Shown: positions 51,970 through 62,462 of the stretch, in pieces
Layout: every line of letters begins with the position of its first letter
Numbering within the stretch: the first letter of the stretch is position 1
From: an uncultured candidatus Porisulfidus sp.
Lineage (GTDB): Bacteria; Pseudomonadota; Gammaproteobacteria; Poriferisulfidales; Poriferisulfidaceae
DNA: 64,000 bases
Direction: 5' to 3'
NCBI GenBank assembly: GCA_965214545.1
Contig: OZ243950.1
Location: forward strand, 132,813 to 196,812
The notes under the pieces: model-generated
The model's database searches: none
Told to the model about the DNA's origin: nothing
What the model saw: only the letters and a program-made list of their open reading frames with translations
Program-made: the position numbers and the translations under genes

Positions 51970-52696
51970 CCTGATCGCGATCCTGAGGCGGGAGCTGGTC
52001 GGCTATTTCCAGACGCCGGTGGCCTACGTCTTCATCATGATCTTCCTGCTGTTGTCCGGGACGCTGAGTTTCTACCTGGGGAACTTCTACGAGCGCGAGC
52101 AGGCGGACCTGGGCGCATTCTTCACGTTCCACCCTTGGCTGTACCTGTTCCTGGTCCCGGCCATCTCCATGCGCCTGTGGGCGGAGGAGCGAAAGACCGG
52201 CAGCATCGAGTTGCTGATGACGCTCCCGGTGACGGTGCCGCAGGCGGTGCTCGGGAAGTTCCTGGCGGCCTGGATATTCACCGGCATCGCATTGTTCCTG
52301 ACGTTCCCGATCTGGCTTACGGTCAACTACCTGGGCGACCCGGACAACGGCATCATCCTGGGCGCCTACCTGGGCAGTTTCCTGATGGCCGGCGGCTTCA
52401 TGGCTATCGGCGCCTGCATTTCCGCGACCACGCGCAACCAGGTCGTGGCCTTCATCCTCAGCCTGGTGACCTGTTTCCTGTTCCTGCTGAGCGGCTTCCC
52501 GCTGGTCCTGGACTTCTTTCAGCTATGGCTCCCGCAACCGGTGGTCGACACCATCGCGTCGCTGAGTTTCCTGACTCACTTCTCCTCGATCAACAAGGGC
52601 GTGATCGACCTGCGGGACCTGGCTTATTTCGTGATCCTGATCTCGGTCTGGCTGTACGCCAACATGATCGTGGTCCGGACCCGCAAGGCCGCATGA
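51962..52696 (+). CDS. ABC-2 family permease (GldF-like)
   Basis: 244 aa with 6 predicted TM helices, an ABC-2 type permease. Overlaps the ATPase stop. Confidence 0.75.
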   Translation: MNNLIAILRRELVGYFQTPVAYVFIMIFLLLSGTLSFYLGNFYEREQADLGAFFTFHPWLYLFLVPAISMRLWAEERKTGSIELLMTLPVTVPQAVLGKFLAAWIFTGIALFLTFPIWLTVNYLGDPDNGIILGAYLGSFLMAGGFMAIGACISATTRNQVVAFILSLVTCFLFLLSGFPLVLDFFQLWLPQPVVDTIASLSFLTHFSSINKGVIDLRDLAYFVILISVWLYANMIVVRTRKAA

Positions 52697-54576
52697 ACGG
52701 TTCCAACCGGAAGACCTACACGGCGGCCGGGCTGGGCCTGCTGGCCGTGCTGTTCGTCTCCTCCATCATGCTCAGCAACCTGACCTTGGGCAACCTGCGG
52801 CTGGACCTGACCGAGCAGAAGCTCTACACCATGAGCGAGGGCACCCTGAAGGTTGTCGACAGCATCCAGCAGCCGATCAACCTGTATCTGTTCTTCTCGG
52901 ACCGGGCCAGCGCGGAGAACGCCCCTTTGCGCAACTACGCCCGCCGGGTCCGGGAACTGCTGGAAGAGTACACGCACCACGCGGACGGCCGGGTGATCTT
53001 GCAGGTCATCGACCCGGCCCCGTACTCGGAAGAGGAAGACCGGGCCACGGAATTCAACCTGCAATCGTTTCCGGGGCAAGGCGGCGACAACCTGTACTTC
53101 GGCCTGGTCGGCACGAACGTGGTCGGCGACGTCGAGGTCATCAAGTTCTTCCAACCGGACCGTGAGGCATTTCTGGAATACGACATCAGCCAGCTGATCT
53201 ATGCCCTGACGAATCCGGCGAAGCCGGTGGTGGGAGTCCTCACCGGCCTGCAGATGTTCGGCGGGTTTGATCTGGCCAACCAGCGCGCGACCCCCCAGTG
53301 GGCCATCCTCGACCAGATCGAACAGCTGTTCGAGACCCGGCAGGTCGACATCGAGTCCGGGGTGATCGACCCGGACATCCGGATCCTGATGCTGGTCCAC
53401 CCGAAGGGGCTGTCCGAGAAGATGCTGTATGCGGTGGACCAGTTTCTGATGCGCGGCGGCCGCTTGATGCTGTTCGTCGATCCCTACGCGGACAAGGACC
53501 CTATGTTCCAGAATGCCAGCAACCCTCCGGAGTCGGGGGGTATCCAGGCCTCCGAGATCGACCGGCTGCTGGATGGGTGGGGGCTGGACATCGACATGGA
53601 CGCGATCGTGGCCGACCGGGCCCTGGCCCTGCCGGTGCAACGCCCCAATGCCCCGCGGCCGATTCGCCACCTCTCGTTCATCGGGATCGCCGAGGACGGG
53701 ATCAACCGGGACAACCTGATTTCCGCCCAGCTGTCCCGGGTGACGTTCGGGTTCGCGGGCCGGATCAGGAAGACCGAGGCGTTCCAGGGTGAATTCGAGC
53801 CGCTCCTGCGCACGTCGGAAGATTCCGGCGAGATCCCGAAGCCGCGCTACCGGCATCTTCCCGACCCGACCGCCTTGCTGGAATGGTTCGACCCGGGCGG
53901 GCGTCCCTTGACGCTGGCGGCCTGGGTGCGGCTGCGCCCGGGCAGCCTGTTCCCGGAGGGCCCGCCGGCGGATGCGACGGCGCCGGCGGAAGGCCATCTG
54001 GCCGAAGCACGGGAGAGGGTCGATGCGATCGTGGTCGCGGATGTCGACATGCTGTCAGACACCCTGTGGGCGCGGGTACAGAACTTTTTCGGGCAGCGGA
54101 TCGTGCAAGCCTGGGCCAGCAACGGCGATTTCGTGGTCAACGCGTTGGAAAGCCTGGCCGGCAGCGGCGACCTGATCGGCTTGCGGGGCCGGTCCGAATT
54201 TGCGCGGCCCTTCCACGTGGTCGAACAACTGCGGCGGCAGGCGGAGCAACGCTTCCATGCCAAGGAGGAGGAGCTCCAGCGGCGCCTGGAAGAGGCGGAA
54301 CAGAGCATCAGCCGGATCCAGCAGTTGCGGCAGGAAGGGGAGCAGAGCTTGTTGACGGAGCAGCAGCGCGCGGAAATCGAGGCCTTCCAGCAGGAACGGT
54401 TGCGGGTGCGCCGTGAATTGCGCTCGGTCCGTCATGAACTGGACCGGGATATCGAACACCTGGGCTTCGTCTTGCGCCTGATTAACATCTGGCTGGTTCC
54501 AGTCCTGGTCACCCTGGCCGCCATCGGCCTGTGGCTGTTCCAGCGCCGCCGCCGCTCCCAGAGGGCGCAGGCATGA
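52693..54576 (+). CDS. GldG-like ABC transporter auxiliary component (COG3225 family)
   Basis: The start MNGSNRKTYTAAGLGLLAVLFVSS (ATGA overlap with the permease stop) gives about 627 aa. It has an N-terminal TM, a large periplasmic domain and a C-terminal TM (LINIWLVPVLVTLAAIGLWLF). The 813-aa ORF in the track is a frame artefact running through the permease gene. Confidence 0.65.
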   Translation: MNGSNRKTYTAAGLGLLAVLFVSSIMLSNLTLGNLRLDLTEQKLYTMSEGTLKVVDSIQQPINLYLFFSDRASAENAPLRNYARRVRELLEEYTHHADGRVILQVIDPAPYSEEEDRATEFNLQSFPGQGGDNLYFGLVGTNVVGDVEVIKFFQPDREAFLEYDISQLIYALTNPAKPVVGVLTGLQMFGGFDLANQRATPQWAILDQIEQLFETRQVDIESGVIDPDIRILMLVHPKGLSEKMLYAVDQFLMRGGRLMLFVDPYADKDPMFQNASNPPESGGIQASEIDRLLDGWGLDIDMDAIVADRALALPVQRPNAPRPIRHLSFIGIAEDGINRDNLISAQLSRVTFGFAGRIRKTEAFQGEFEPLLRTSEDSGEIPKPRYRHLPDPTALLEWFDPGGRPLTLAAWVRLRPGSLFPEGPPADATAPAEGHLAEARERVDAIVVADVDMLSDTLWARVQNFFGQRIVQAWASNGDFVVNALESLAGSGDLIGLRGRSEFARPFHVVEQLRRQAEQRFHAKEEELQRRLEEAEQSISRIQQLRQEGEQSLLTEQQRAEIEAFQQERLRVRRELRSVRHELDRDIEHLGFVLRLINIWLVPVLVTLAAIGLWLFQRRRRSQRAQA

Positions 54577-55601
54577 ATCGCCGCGAGCTGGGCCGGCTGG
54601 CGACCCTGACCGGAGTCGTGCTGCTTGCGACGGCCGTGATGTACAACCTTCGCTCCCAGTCCGGAGACCAGGACTATATCGGGGCCTTGTGGCTTGAAAA
54701 CCTCGACATCAACGCCGTCACCCGCATCGATGTCACCGGGCCGGGAAACATGCCGCAGGTCAGCCTGGAGCGCCGCCCGGAAGGCTGGGGCGTGGTGCAG
54801 CGCCAACATTATCCCGCGAATGTCGGCATCATCCGGAGCCTGTTGTTGGATTTGTCGGAAGCGAAATTCCTGGAGCGCAAGACCGGGGATCCGGGCCAGC
54901 ATGCCCGCTTGGGCCTGGGCCGCATCGAGCAGTTGGAGGCCGTCGGGCAGCAGGTCACGCTGCATACCGCGGAAGGGCCCCGGCCCGTCCGCATCGGCAT
55001 GAACCCGGACGGGCGCAGCGCCACGTATGTGCGGAATGCCGACGACGATCAGGGCTGGCTGGTGGACCGGACTTTCACGATTCCGAACGAACCGCGGCGC
55101 TGGCTCGACCCGGAACTGCTGGATATCGGGATGGAGCGGATCCGCCGGATGGAGGTCGTGCACCCGGACGGGGAAAGGATCGAAGGGCAGCGCGCGGAAC
55201 AGTCCGCGGACGTAAAATTCACCGTGCTCAACCTTCCCGAAGATGCGGTGCTGAAAAGCGAGTACGCGCTCAGCCGCATGGCCAGCGCGATCACCAGCCT
55301 GTCGCTGGAGGACGTGATGCCGGCCGCCCAGGCCGCGGCCTATCTGGAAGACGCGGCCCGGGCCTGGTACGAGATTGACTCGGGCTACCGCCTGGAAGCG
55401 CGCCTGTTCGCCGTGGATGTGGAACGCTACGCGCGCTTTACGGTGCACCTCGGAGAGGACATGAGCGACGAGGACCGTGCCCGGGCGAGCCTGCTGGCCC
55501 GACACCTCGAGGGCTGGGCCTTCCGGATTCCGTCCTTCGCCCACGACAGCATGGCGCTGCGCTGGGCCGATATTTTGGAGGGGGTCGGGGAGCCCGAGTG
55601 A
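54573..55601 (+). CDS. DUF4340-domain protein (fourth gene of the GldAFG-like cassette)
   Basis: The start MNRRELGRLATLTGVVLLATAV (ATGA overlap with the upstream stop) gives an N-terminal TM plus periplasmic repeats. Assignment to DUF4340 is from memory of the common operon architecture. Confidence 0.5.
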   Translation: MNRRELGRLATLTGVVLLATAVMYNLRSQSGDQDYIGALWLENLDINAVTRIDVTGPGNMPQVSLERRPEGWGVVQRQHYPANVGIIRSLLLDLSEAKFLERKTGDPGQHARLGLGRIEQLEAVGQQVTLHTAEGPRPVRIGMNPDGRSATYVRNADDDQGWLVDRTFTIPNEPRRWLDPELLDIGMERIRRMEVVHPDGERIEGQRAEQSADVKFTVLNLPEDAVLKSEYALSRMASAITSLSLEDVMPAAQAAAYLEDAARAWYEIDSGYRLEARLFAVDVERYARFTVHLGEDMSDEDRARASLLARHLEGWAFRIPSFAHDSMALRWADILEGVGEPE

Positions 55602-55602
55602 T

Positions 55603-56598
<996 letters not shown>

Positions 56599-56683
56599 CT
56601 ATAATTCGGACAAACCTTGCATTCCTGTTTTGAAGAAAAAGCCCGCCAAACGCGCGAAACGACCAGATTCGCAACCCCGCCGC

Positions 56684-58933
56684 ATGTCTCCGGTGTTCCG
56701 CGAGGGTGCGCTACTTGTCTTCTCGGCCCTGGCCGTGTACCTGCTGGTCGCACTGATCAGCTTCCACCCGGATGACCCGAGCTGGTTCGATACCGGCGAC
56801 GGGAGCACCCGGAATGCGGCCGGGACGGTGGGCGCGGTCGTGGCCGGCCTGTTGCTGAACTTGTTGGGCTATGTCGCATACCTGGTCCCGTTCATGCTGG
56901 GCTATCACGGCTGGCTGCTCTACAGCCAGCGGCCCGTCCCGGGGACGGCGCAGAAGCCCGGCTGGGCCCTGGCATCGATGCGCTGGGGCGGATTCCTCAT
57001 GACGTTGATTGCGGCCTGTGCCCTGATCGGGATCTACCTGCTGGCCCCGGCCTTGCCGAATGGAAGCGGCGGGCTGATCGGGAAAGGGGTTGCGAGTGGA
57101 TTTGTCATCGCATTCAGCGAAGTGGGCGCAACGGTGCTGTTGCTGGCGATGCTGCTGGTCGGCACCACCCTGTGGACCAGTTTTTCGTGGCTGAAGGTCG
57201 TGGACCTGACCGGAAAGGGGATCTGGGAGGCCGGGGTGGCGATGATCGCGGGAATCCAGTACCTGCGCGAATATGTGTCCGGACGGAAGGATCGCCAGCA
57301 ACGCCAAGAGAAGCGGAAGCGAACCAAGCAGAAGAGGGCGGGCAAGAGCCCTGCCCGGATTGAACCCAGGATCCAGATCGAAACCGATGCCAAGAGGCAG
57401 GCGAAGGAAAAGCAGATTTCCCTGCTGCCCGCGAACGAAACCAAGGAATTGCCGCCGCTCGACCTGTTGGACGAACCCATGGAAGGGAGCCTGGGATATT
57501 CTGAGGAAACTCTCAGCAATATGTCGAAACAGATTGAAATTAAAATGGAAGAATTCAAGGTTGACGTCACGGTGGTGGCCGTGACGGCCGGGCCGGTCGT
57601 GACGCGTTTCGATCTGGAGCCGGCCCCGGGGATCAAGGGCAGCAAAATCAGCAGTTATGCCAAGGATCTGGCGCGTGCATTGTCGGTGGTCAGCGTCCGC
57701 GTGGAGGAGGTGGTCGAAGGGAAGCCGGTGATCGGCCTGGAGGTGCCGAACGAGGATCGCGAGATGGTGATGGCCAGCGAGATCCTGCGCTCGGCCGCGT
57801 TCAACCAATCCCCATCCCTGCTGACGCTGGCGCTCGGCAAGGGCATCGGCGGCGAGCCGGTGGTTTGCGACCTGGCGAGAATGCCGCATCTCCTGGTGGC
57901 CGGGACGACCGGCTCCGGGAAGTCGGTGGCGATCAACGCCATGATTCTGAGCCTGCTGTACAAGGCCCTGCCGCGGGATTTACGGTTGATCCTGATTGAC
58001 CCGAAGATGCTGGAACTCGCCATCTACGAGGGCATCCCGCACCTGCTGACCCCGGTTGTCACCCAGATGGGCAAGGCGGCTCAAGCCCTGCGGTGGTGCG
58101 TGGCCGAGATGGAACGACGCTACACCATCATGTCGAGGTTAGGTGTCCGCAACTTGAACGGCTACAACCGGAAGGTCGAGGAAGCGGAGAAGGACGGGCA
58201 GCCGCTTGCGAATCCGATGTACGAAGGTTTGGGCGAGGAAGAGGAGCCGCCGCTTTTGGAGCACCTGCACTACATCGTGGTGGTCATCGACGAATTTGCG
58301 GACTTGATGATGGTGGCCGGGAAAAAGGTTGAGGAGCACATTATCCGCCTGGCCCAGAAGGCCCGTGCCGCCGGAATCCACCTGATCCTCGCGACGCAGC
58401 GCCCGACACGCGAGGTGATTACCGGCTTGATCAAGTCGAATATTCCTTCCCGGATCTCCTTCCGGGTCGCCTCGCAGATCGACTCGCGCACGATCCTGGA
58501 CCAGGGCGGGGCGGAACAACTGCTGGGGCACGGAGACATGCTGTTCCTGGATTCGGGGGAGACCTTGCCCAAGCGGGTGCATGGCGCCTTCATTTCTGAC
58601 GACGAGGTCCGTCAGGTGACCAAGCACTTGCGCAAGCACGGCGGCGAGCCTGAATACCTGGAGGAAGTCACGGAGAAGGACGGATCTGCCCCGGTGCCGG
58701 GACTGAACGACGAGGACGACGAGGAGGGGGCAGAGGATTCACTGTACCAGACGGCGGTAGAGATTGTGCGCCGCGATCAGAAAGCCTCGATCTCGTACCT
58801 GCAGCGGCGCCTCAAGGTGGGCTACAACCGGGCGGCCCGGATGATCGAGGAAATGGAGGAGGCAGGGATTGTCGGCGCGGTGCAGCCGGGGGGCGCCCGC
58901 GAGGTCCTCGTGTCTTCGCCTGACGAATCCTGA
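56684..58933 (+). CDS. ftsK: DNA translocase FtsK
   Basis: The start is assigned to MSPVFREGALLVF... This gives N-terminal TM helices, a Pro/Gln/Lys linker, a motor domain (Walker A GTTGSGKS, HLILATQRP) and a C-terminal gamma domain (LYQTAVEIVRRDQKASISYLQRRLKVGYNRAARMIEEME). The ORF-track start at 56492 would overlap trxB antisense. A TTG at about 56633 is an alternative. Confidence 0.9.
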   Translation: MSPVFREGALLVFSALAVYLLVALISFHPDDPSWFDTGDGSTRNAAGTVGAVVAGLLLNLLGYVAYLVPFMLGYHGWLLYSQRPVPGTAQKPGWALASMRWGGFLMTLIAACALIGIYLLAPALPNGSGGLIGKGVASGFVIAFSEVGATVLLLAMLLVGTTLWTSFSWLKVVDLTGKGIWEAGVAMIAGIQYLREYVSGRKDRQQRQEKRKRTKQKRAGKSPARIEPRIQIETDAKRQAKEKQISLLPANETKELPPLDLLDEPMEGSLGYSEETLSNMSKQIEIKMEEFKVDVTVVAVTAGPVVTRFDLEPAPGIKGSKISSYAKDLARALSVVSVRVEEVVEGKPVIGLEVPNEDREMVMASEILRSAAFNQSPSLLTLALGKGIGGEPVVCDLARMPHLLVAGTTGSGKSVAINAMILSLLYKALPRDLRLILIDPKMLELAIYEGIPHLLTPVVTQMGKAAQALRWCVAEMERRYTIMSRLGVRNLNGYNRKVEEAEKDGQPLANPMYEGLGEEEEPPLLEHLHYIVVVIDEFADLMMVAGKKVEEHIIRLAQKARAAGIHLILATQRPTREVITGLIKSNIPSRISFRVASQIDSRTILDQGGAEQLLGHGDMLFLDSGETLPKRVHGAFISDDEVRQVTKHLRKHGGEPEYLEEVTEKDGSAPVPGLNDEDDEEGAEDSLYQTAVEIVRRDQKASISYLQRRLKVGYNRAARMIEEMEEAGIVGAVQPGGAREVLVSSPDES

Positions 58934-59571
58934 TGAGGTCTCCGAACGTCCGGTTTCTGGCTTTCGCTACCCTGCTCGGGCTGGCGTCCGCCCCGGATGC
59001 CCCGGCGAGCCCGGAGAGCGAGATTGAGCGATTCTTCGAGCAGACCCAGTCCTTGACGGCATTCTTCCAACAGGAAGTCTGGTCGGTGGACGGGACGCTC
59101 CTGTCTTCCGGGCATGGCGACATGAGTTTGTTGCGACCGAGCTTCATGCGCTGGAACTACCGGGAACCCGAGCCCTTGGTCCTGGTTTCCGATGGCATCG
59201 ATTTCTGGTCCTACGATCCGATCCTCGAACAGGCGACCGTCACAAGGGTGGAAGAGGCCTTGGACGACACGCCGCTTTCGGCCTTGTTGGGTTCGCGGGT
59301 CCTGGAAGACTTGTTCGCGGTCGAACAAACCCGCCACCAAGACGGGATCGACTGGATTGTGCTGCAATCCCGGGCGGGCGCCGCCCGCCCGGTTGAGCTG
59401 TTGATCGGCTTGCGTTCGGGCACGCTGGCGCGCCTGCATTTCGTCGACCAGTTCGGACAGGAAGTTCGGGTTCGGTTCGAACAGGTGCGGGTGAACCCGC
59501 CCCTGCAGCCGGATTTTTTTTCCTACCGGCCGCCACGCGGCACGGACGTTCTGGGTACGCCGAGCCAGTGA
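58933..59571 (+). CDS. lolA: Outer-membrane lipoprotein carrier protein LolA
   Basis: 212 aa with a signal peptide and the LolA fold pattern (FxQ...W...SDG...W.YD). Conserved ftsK-lolA-rarA order. TGATG junction with ftsK. Confidence 0.85.
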   Translation: MRSPNVRFLAFATLLGLASAPDAPASPESEIERFFEQTQSLTAFFQQEVWSVDGTLLSSGHGDMSLLRPSFMRWNYREPEPLVLVSDGIDFWSYDPILEQATVTRVEEALDDTPLSALLGSRVLEDLFAVEQTRHQDGIDWIVLQSRAGAARPVELLIGLRSGTLARLHFVDQFGQEVRVRFEQVRVNPPLQPDFFSYRPPRGTDVLGTPSQ

Positions 59572-60896
59572 GCGAACTGTTCGATTCGAGAAAAGAATTC
59601 CGCCCACTGGCGGACCGCATGCGCCCGCAGAGCCTGGAGGAATTCGTCGGACAGCGGCACTTGCTTGCGGACGGGTTGCCCCTGCGGCAAGCGGTCGAGG
59701 CCGGAAAACTCCACTCCATGGTGTTCTGGGGGCCTCCGGGCACGGGCAAGACCACGCTGGCGAAACTGATGAGCCGGTATGCCGAGGCTCGCTTCGTGAG
59801 CCTGTCGGCCGTGTTGGCTGGGGTCAAAGAAATCCGCGAGGCGATCGCGGAAGCCCGGCAAGCCCAGGATCGCGACCAGCAAGCCACTGCGCTGTTCATC
59901 GACGAAGTCCATCGCCTCAACAAGGCCCAGCAGGACGTGTTCCTGCCGCATGTCGAGGACGGCACGATCTACCTGCTCGGGGCGACCACGGAGAACCCCT
60001 CGTTCGAACTCAACAACGCATTGCTGTCCCGGGTCCGCGTCTATGTTCTGAAAATGCTTGAGCGGGAAGACTTGGGCCAATTGCTTGACTGGGCGCTGAC
60101 GGACGGAGAGCGAGGTGCGGGCGCGGGCTCAGTGCAGCTGGAGGATGGCGCGCGCGACCTGATGATCCAGGCCGCAGACGGCGATGCGCGCGTGTTGCTG
60201 AACCTGCTTGAGATTGGATTGGACCTGGCGCCGGAACAGGAGGGGACGAAAGTCATCGAGGCGGCGATCATCCAGCAGGTCGCCGGGCAAGGCACCCGGC
60301 GTTTCGACAAGGGCGGGGAGTATTTTTACGACCAGATCTCCGCGTTGCACAAGTCGGTGCGGGGCTCTGACCCGGATGCCGCCCTGTACTGGCTGTGCCG
60401 CATGCTCGACGGCGGCTGCGATCCCCGGTATATCGCCCGGCGCGTGGTGCGGATGGCGAGCGAGGACATCGGGAATGCCGCCCCGCAGGCGCTCAACCTG
60501 TGCCTGTCTGCCTGGCAGGCCTACGAGCGGTTGGGGTCGCCGGAGGGGGAACTGGCCCTCGCATCGGCCGTGGCCTACCTGGCCTGTTCGCCTAAGAGCA
60601 ACGCGGTGTACACGGCCTACAAGGCGGCGATGGAGCAGGCCAAAAAATCAGGCACCCTGGAAGTCCCGATGCATCTACGCAATGCCCCGACCCGGTTGAT
60701 GAAGGATCTGGGCTATGGCAAGGACTATCAATACGCGCACGATCACGAGGACGGATACGTGGCCGACGAAGTGTACCTGCCGGAGTCCTTGCAGGGCCTG
60801 TCGTTCTATTTTCCCGTCGACCGGGGCCACGAGAAGGCGATCGGGGAGTGGTTGCAGAAAGTCCGGGAAAGCGCGCGCCGGCGCTCGGCTAATTAA
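59568..60896 (+). CDS. rarA: Replication-associated recombination protein A (MgsA/RarA)
   Basis: 442 aa with a GTG start (GTGA overlap with lolA). Contains RPQSLEEFVGQRHLL, Walker A GPPGTGKTTLA, sensor motifs and the C-terminal MgsA domain. Confidence 0.93.
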   Translation: MSELFDSRKEFRPLADRMRPQSLEEFVGQRHLLADGLPLRQAVEAGKLHSMVFWGPPGTGKTTLAKLMSRYAEARFVSLSAVLAGVKEIREAIAEARQAQDRDQQATALFIDEVHRLNKAQQDVFLPHVEDGTIYLLGATTENPSFELNNALLSRVRVYVLKMLEREDLGQLLDWALTDGERGAGAGSVQLEDGARDLMIQAADGDARVLLNLLEIGLDLAPEQEGTKVIEAAIIQQVAGQGTRRFDKGGEYFYDQISALHKSVRGSDPDAALYWLCRMLDGGCDPRYIARRVVRMASEDIGNAAPQALNLCLSAWQAYERLGSPEGELALASAVAYLACSPKSNAVYTAYKAAMEQAKKSGTLEVPMHLRNAPTRLMKDLGYGKDYQYAHDHEDGYVADEVYLPESLQGLSFYFPVDRGHEKAIGEWLQKVRESARRRSAN

Positions 60897-60927
60897 AATG
60901 GGTTAGGGAAGCAGGTAATCTGCGCCA

Positions 60928-61173
60928 TTATTTTGCAATCCATTCGCGAAGAGCTTGGTCGATTCGCGTTTGCCACCCACGTCCCCCAGCCTTGAAGTGA
61001 TCGATCACGTCGGGCGACAGCCGGATGGTGGTTGACACTTTTGGCTTATCAAGAGGAGGCCGTCCACGGCGTACAGGAACTTTAGCAATAATTTCCGGCC
61101 AATCGCCTTGAGAAAGGTCCGGAGCATCATCTGAGTCAAAAATTTCTGGTATAGATTGTTTTTTCTCGTTCAT
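60928..61173 (-). CDS. brnA: BrnA-type antitoxin (ribbon-helix-helix, COG3514)
   Basis: 81 aa (...VPVRRGRPPLDKPKVSTTIRLSPDVIDHFKAGGRGWQTRIDQALREWI) is typical of BrnA antitoxins. Its start overlaps the 3' end of the upstream brnT-like reading frame. Confidence 0.7.
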   Translation of the reverse strand: MNEKKQSIPEIFDSDDAPDLSQGDWPEIIAKVPVRRGRPPLDKPKVSTTIRLSPDVIDHFKAGGRGWQTRIDQALREWIAK

Positions 61174-61401
61174 TCGCTTTTCTCATGCTGATTATTCGGT
61201 AGGCACCATCCCTCGGAGTCCAGACCAGAACTACCATTCTTCTATCAAGAAATCCAATGGTGATGAAGCGGTCCTCGCCATAATTTCTCCGCCCGTCCTC
61301 AAAAGGTTTAGGCCATCAAGTATCTCCCCGGCCCGAGCCATATCCAGTCCTCTGGCTTCAAGAGTGGCTGCGCGTTTTTCCTTGTCGAAGTCAATCGGCA
61401 T
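61136..61401 (-). pseudogene. brnT: brnT-like toxin gene (DUF497) interrupted by a -1 frameshift
   Basis: Read by eye. From the ATG at 61401 the frame gives MPIDFDKEKRAATLEARGLDMARAGEILDG, the BrnT N-terminal pattern (W/FDxxKxxxNxxKHGV). The conserved C-terminal half (...PFEDGRRNYGEDRFITIGFLDRRMVVLVWTPRDGAYRIISMRKANEREK) is in the -1 frame behind a TGA. The 266-nt span is not a multiple of 3. Confidence 0.55.
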
Positions 61402-61447
61402 TTATTTTATGTTGCCACAATAAATTAACTTGGTAACACTGCCAGGT

Positions 61448-61861
61448 CTAATCGCTGGTTTCCGGCGTAAAGGGATCGACAGGATTGCCGGCCATGACCC
61501 AGGCTTTGAATCCCCCGGCCATATGCGTGACGTTCTCGAAACCCATCTGCTTGAGCGTGTTGGCGGCCAGCGCCGAGCGGCCGCTGGTCCCGCAATACAG
61601 GATCAGGCGGTCGGCCTGGGCGAAGACCGGCAGGTGCTTTGGCGACGATGGGTCGGCGTGGAATTCCAGCATGCCGCGCGAAGCGTGGTGGGCACCGGGC
61701 ACGGTGCCGGTCTGGGCCAGCTCATTTTGGTCGCGCACGTCGATGATGGCGACACCGGGCTGGTCCAGGGCCTGGGCGACGGCCGTGACGGAGACTTCGT
61801 CGACCTCGCCGACGGCCTCGGACAGCAGGGCCTTGAATCCTCGTTTGATTTGTACGGACAT
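61448..61861 (-). CDS. Single-domain rhodanese (sulfurtransferase)
   Basis: 137 aa with the active-site loop YCGTSGRS (catalytic Cys) and the rhodanese fold pattern IIDVRDQNEL...GHIPGA. Confidence 0.8.
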   Translation of the reverse strand: MSVQIKRGFKALLSEAVGEVDEVSVTAVAQALDQPGVAIIDVRDQNELAQTGTVPGAHHASRGMLEFHADPSSPKHLPVFAQADRLILYCGTSGRSALAANTLKQMGFENVTHMAGGFKAWVMAGNPVDPFTPETSD

Positions 61862-62037
61862 GTTTTTTTGCTCCCCAAGATCGGCAGGCCACCATCTTAA
61901 CGCATTGGCTCTATCTTCCGCATACCGAAATCCACGTTACGGCAGTTCCGTGGCTGTGAGTCGCATGTACGTGGTCGAGGCTACAATGCGTACGACGAAG
62001 TCAGCACGCAAGGCCAACCTGAAGGAGGCCGCAGGCT

Positions 62038-62373
62038 ATGAGCACAACGCGCGTCAGGATTGATCTCGACGATCCGTCCACCTTCCCCGAGGGGCGAATC
62101 AACCCTGCGGTAGTGGATGCGACCACGGAAGCGGAAATCACCTTGCAGGAGCAGGAAGACGAAGCCGAGGCATTGCAGGATATGGCACGGTATACGCGCC
62201 GAATCCGGCGGCGACTGGGCCTCAGCCAGACAGAACTGGCGCGACGTATCGATGTGTCGCACGAGACAACCCGCAACTGGGAACAGGGAAAGCGCGGCCC
62301 GACCGGCGCGGCGCGCGCCCTGTTGCGGATCCTTGACAAGGCACCGGAGACAGCGCTCCGTTTATTGACCTAA
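62038..62373 (+). CDS. XRE-family HTH protein of the COG2944/antitoxin-like type
   Basis: 111 aa with a C-terminal HTH (IRRRLGLSQTELARRIDVSHETTRNWEQGKRGPTGAARALLRIL) typical of small antitoxin-like DNA-binding proteins. No cognate toxin ORF is visible upstream. Confidence 0.55.
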   Translation: MSTTRVRIDLDDPSTFPEGRINPAVVDATTEAEITLQEQEDEAEALQDMARYTRRIRRRLGLSQTELARRIDVSHETTRNWEQGKRGPTGAARALLRILDKAPETALRLLT

Positions 62374-62462
62374 ACGTTGCGCATGGTTTTGGAGAGCATG
62401 CTAACTCCGGGCCTCGGGGATTTCCTTTACGACACCAAGACTGACCTGCCGATTCGACCCCA

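Noticed and set aside
52135-54576. 813-aa ORF in the track covering the permease and GldG-like region
   Set aside because: Its 5' third is an out-of-frame run through the ABC-2 permease gene. The biologically sensible start is the ATG at 52693, which forms an ATGA junction with the permease stop.
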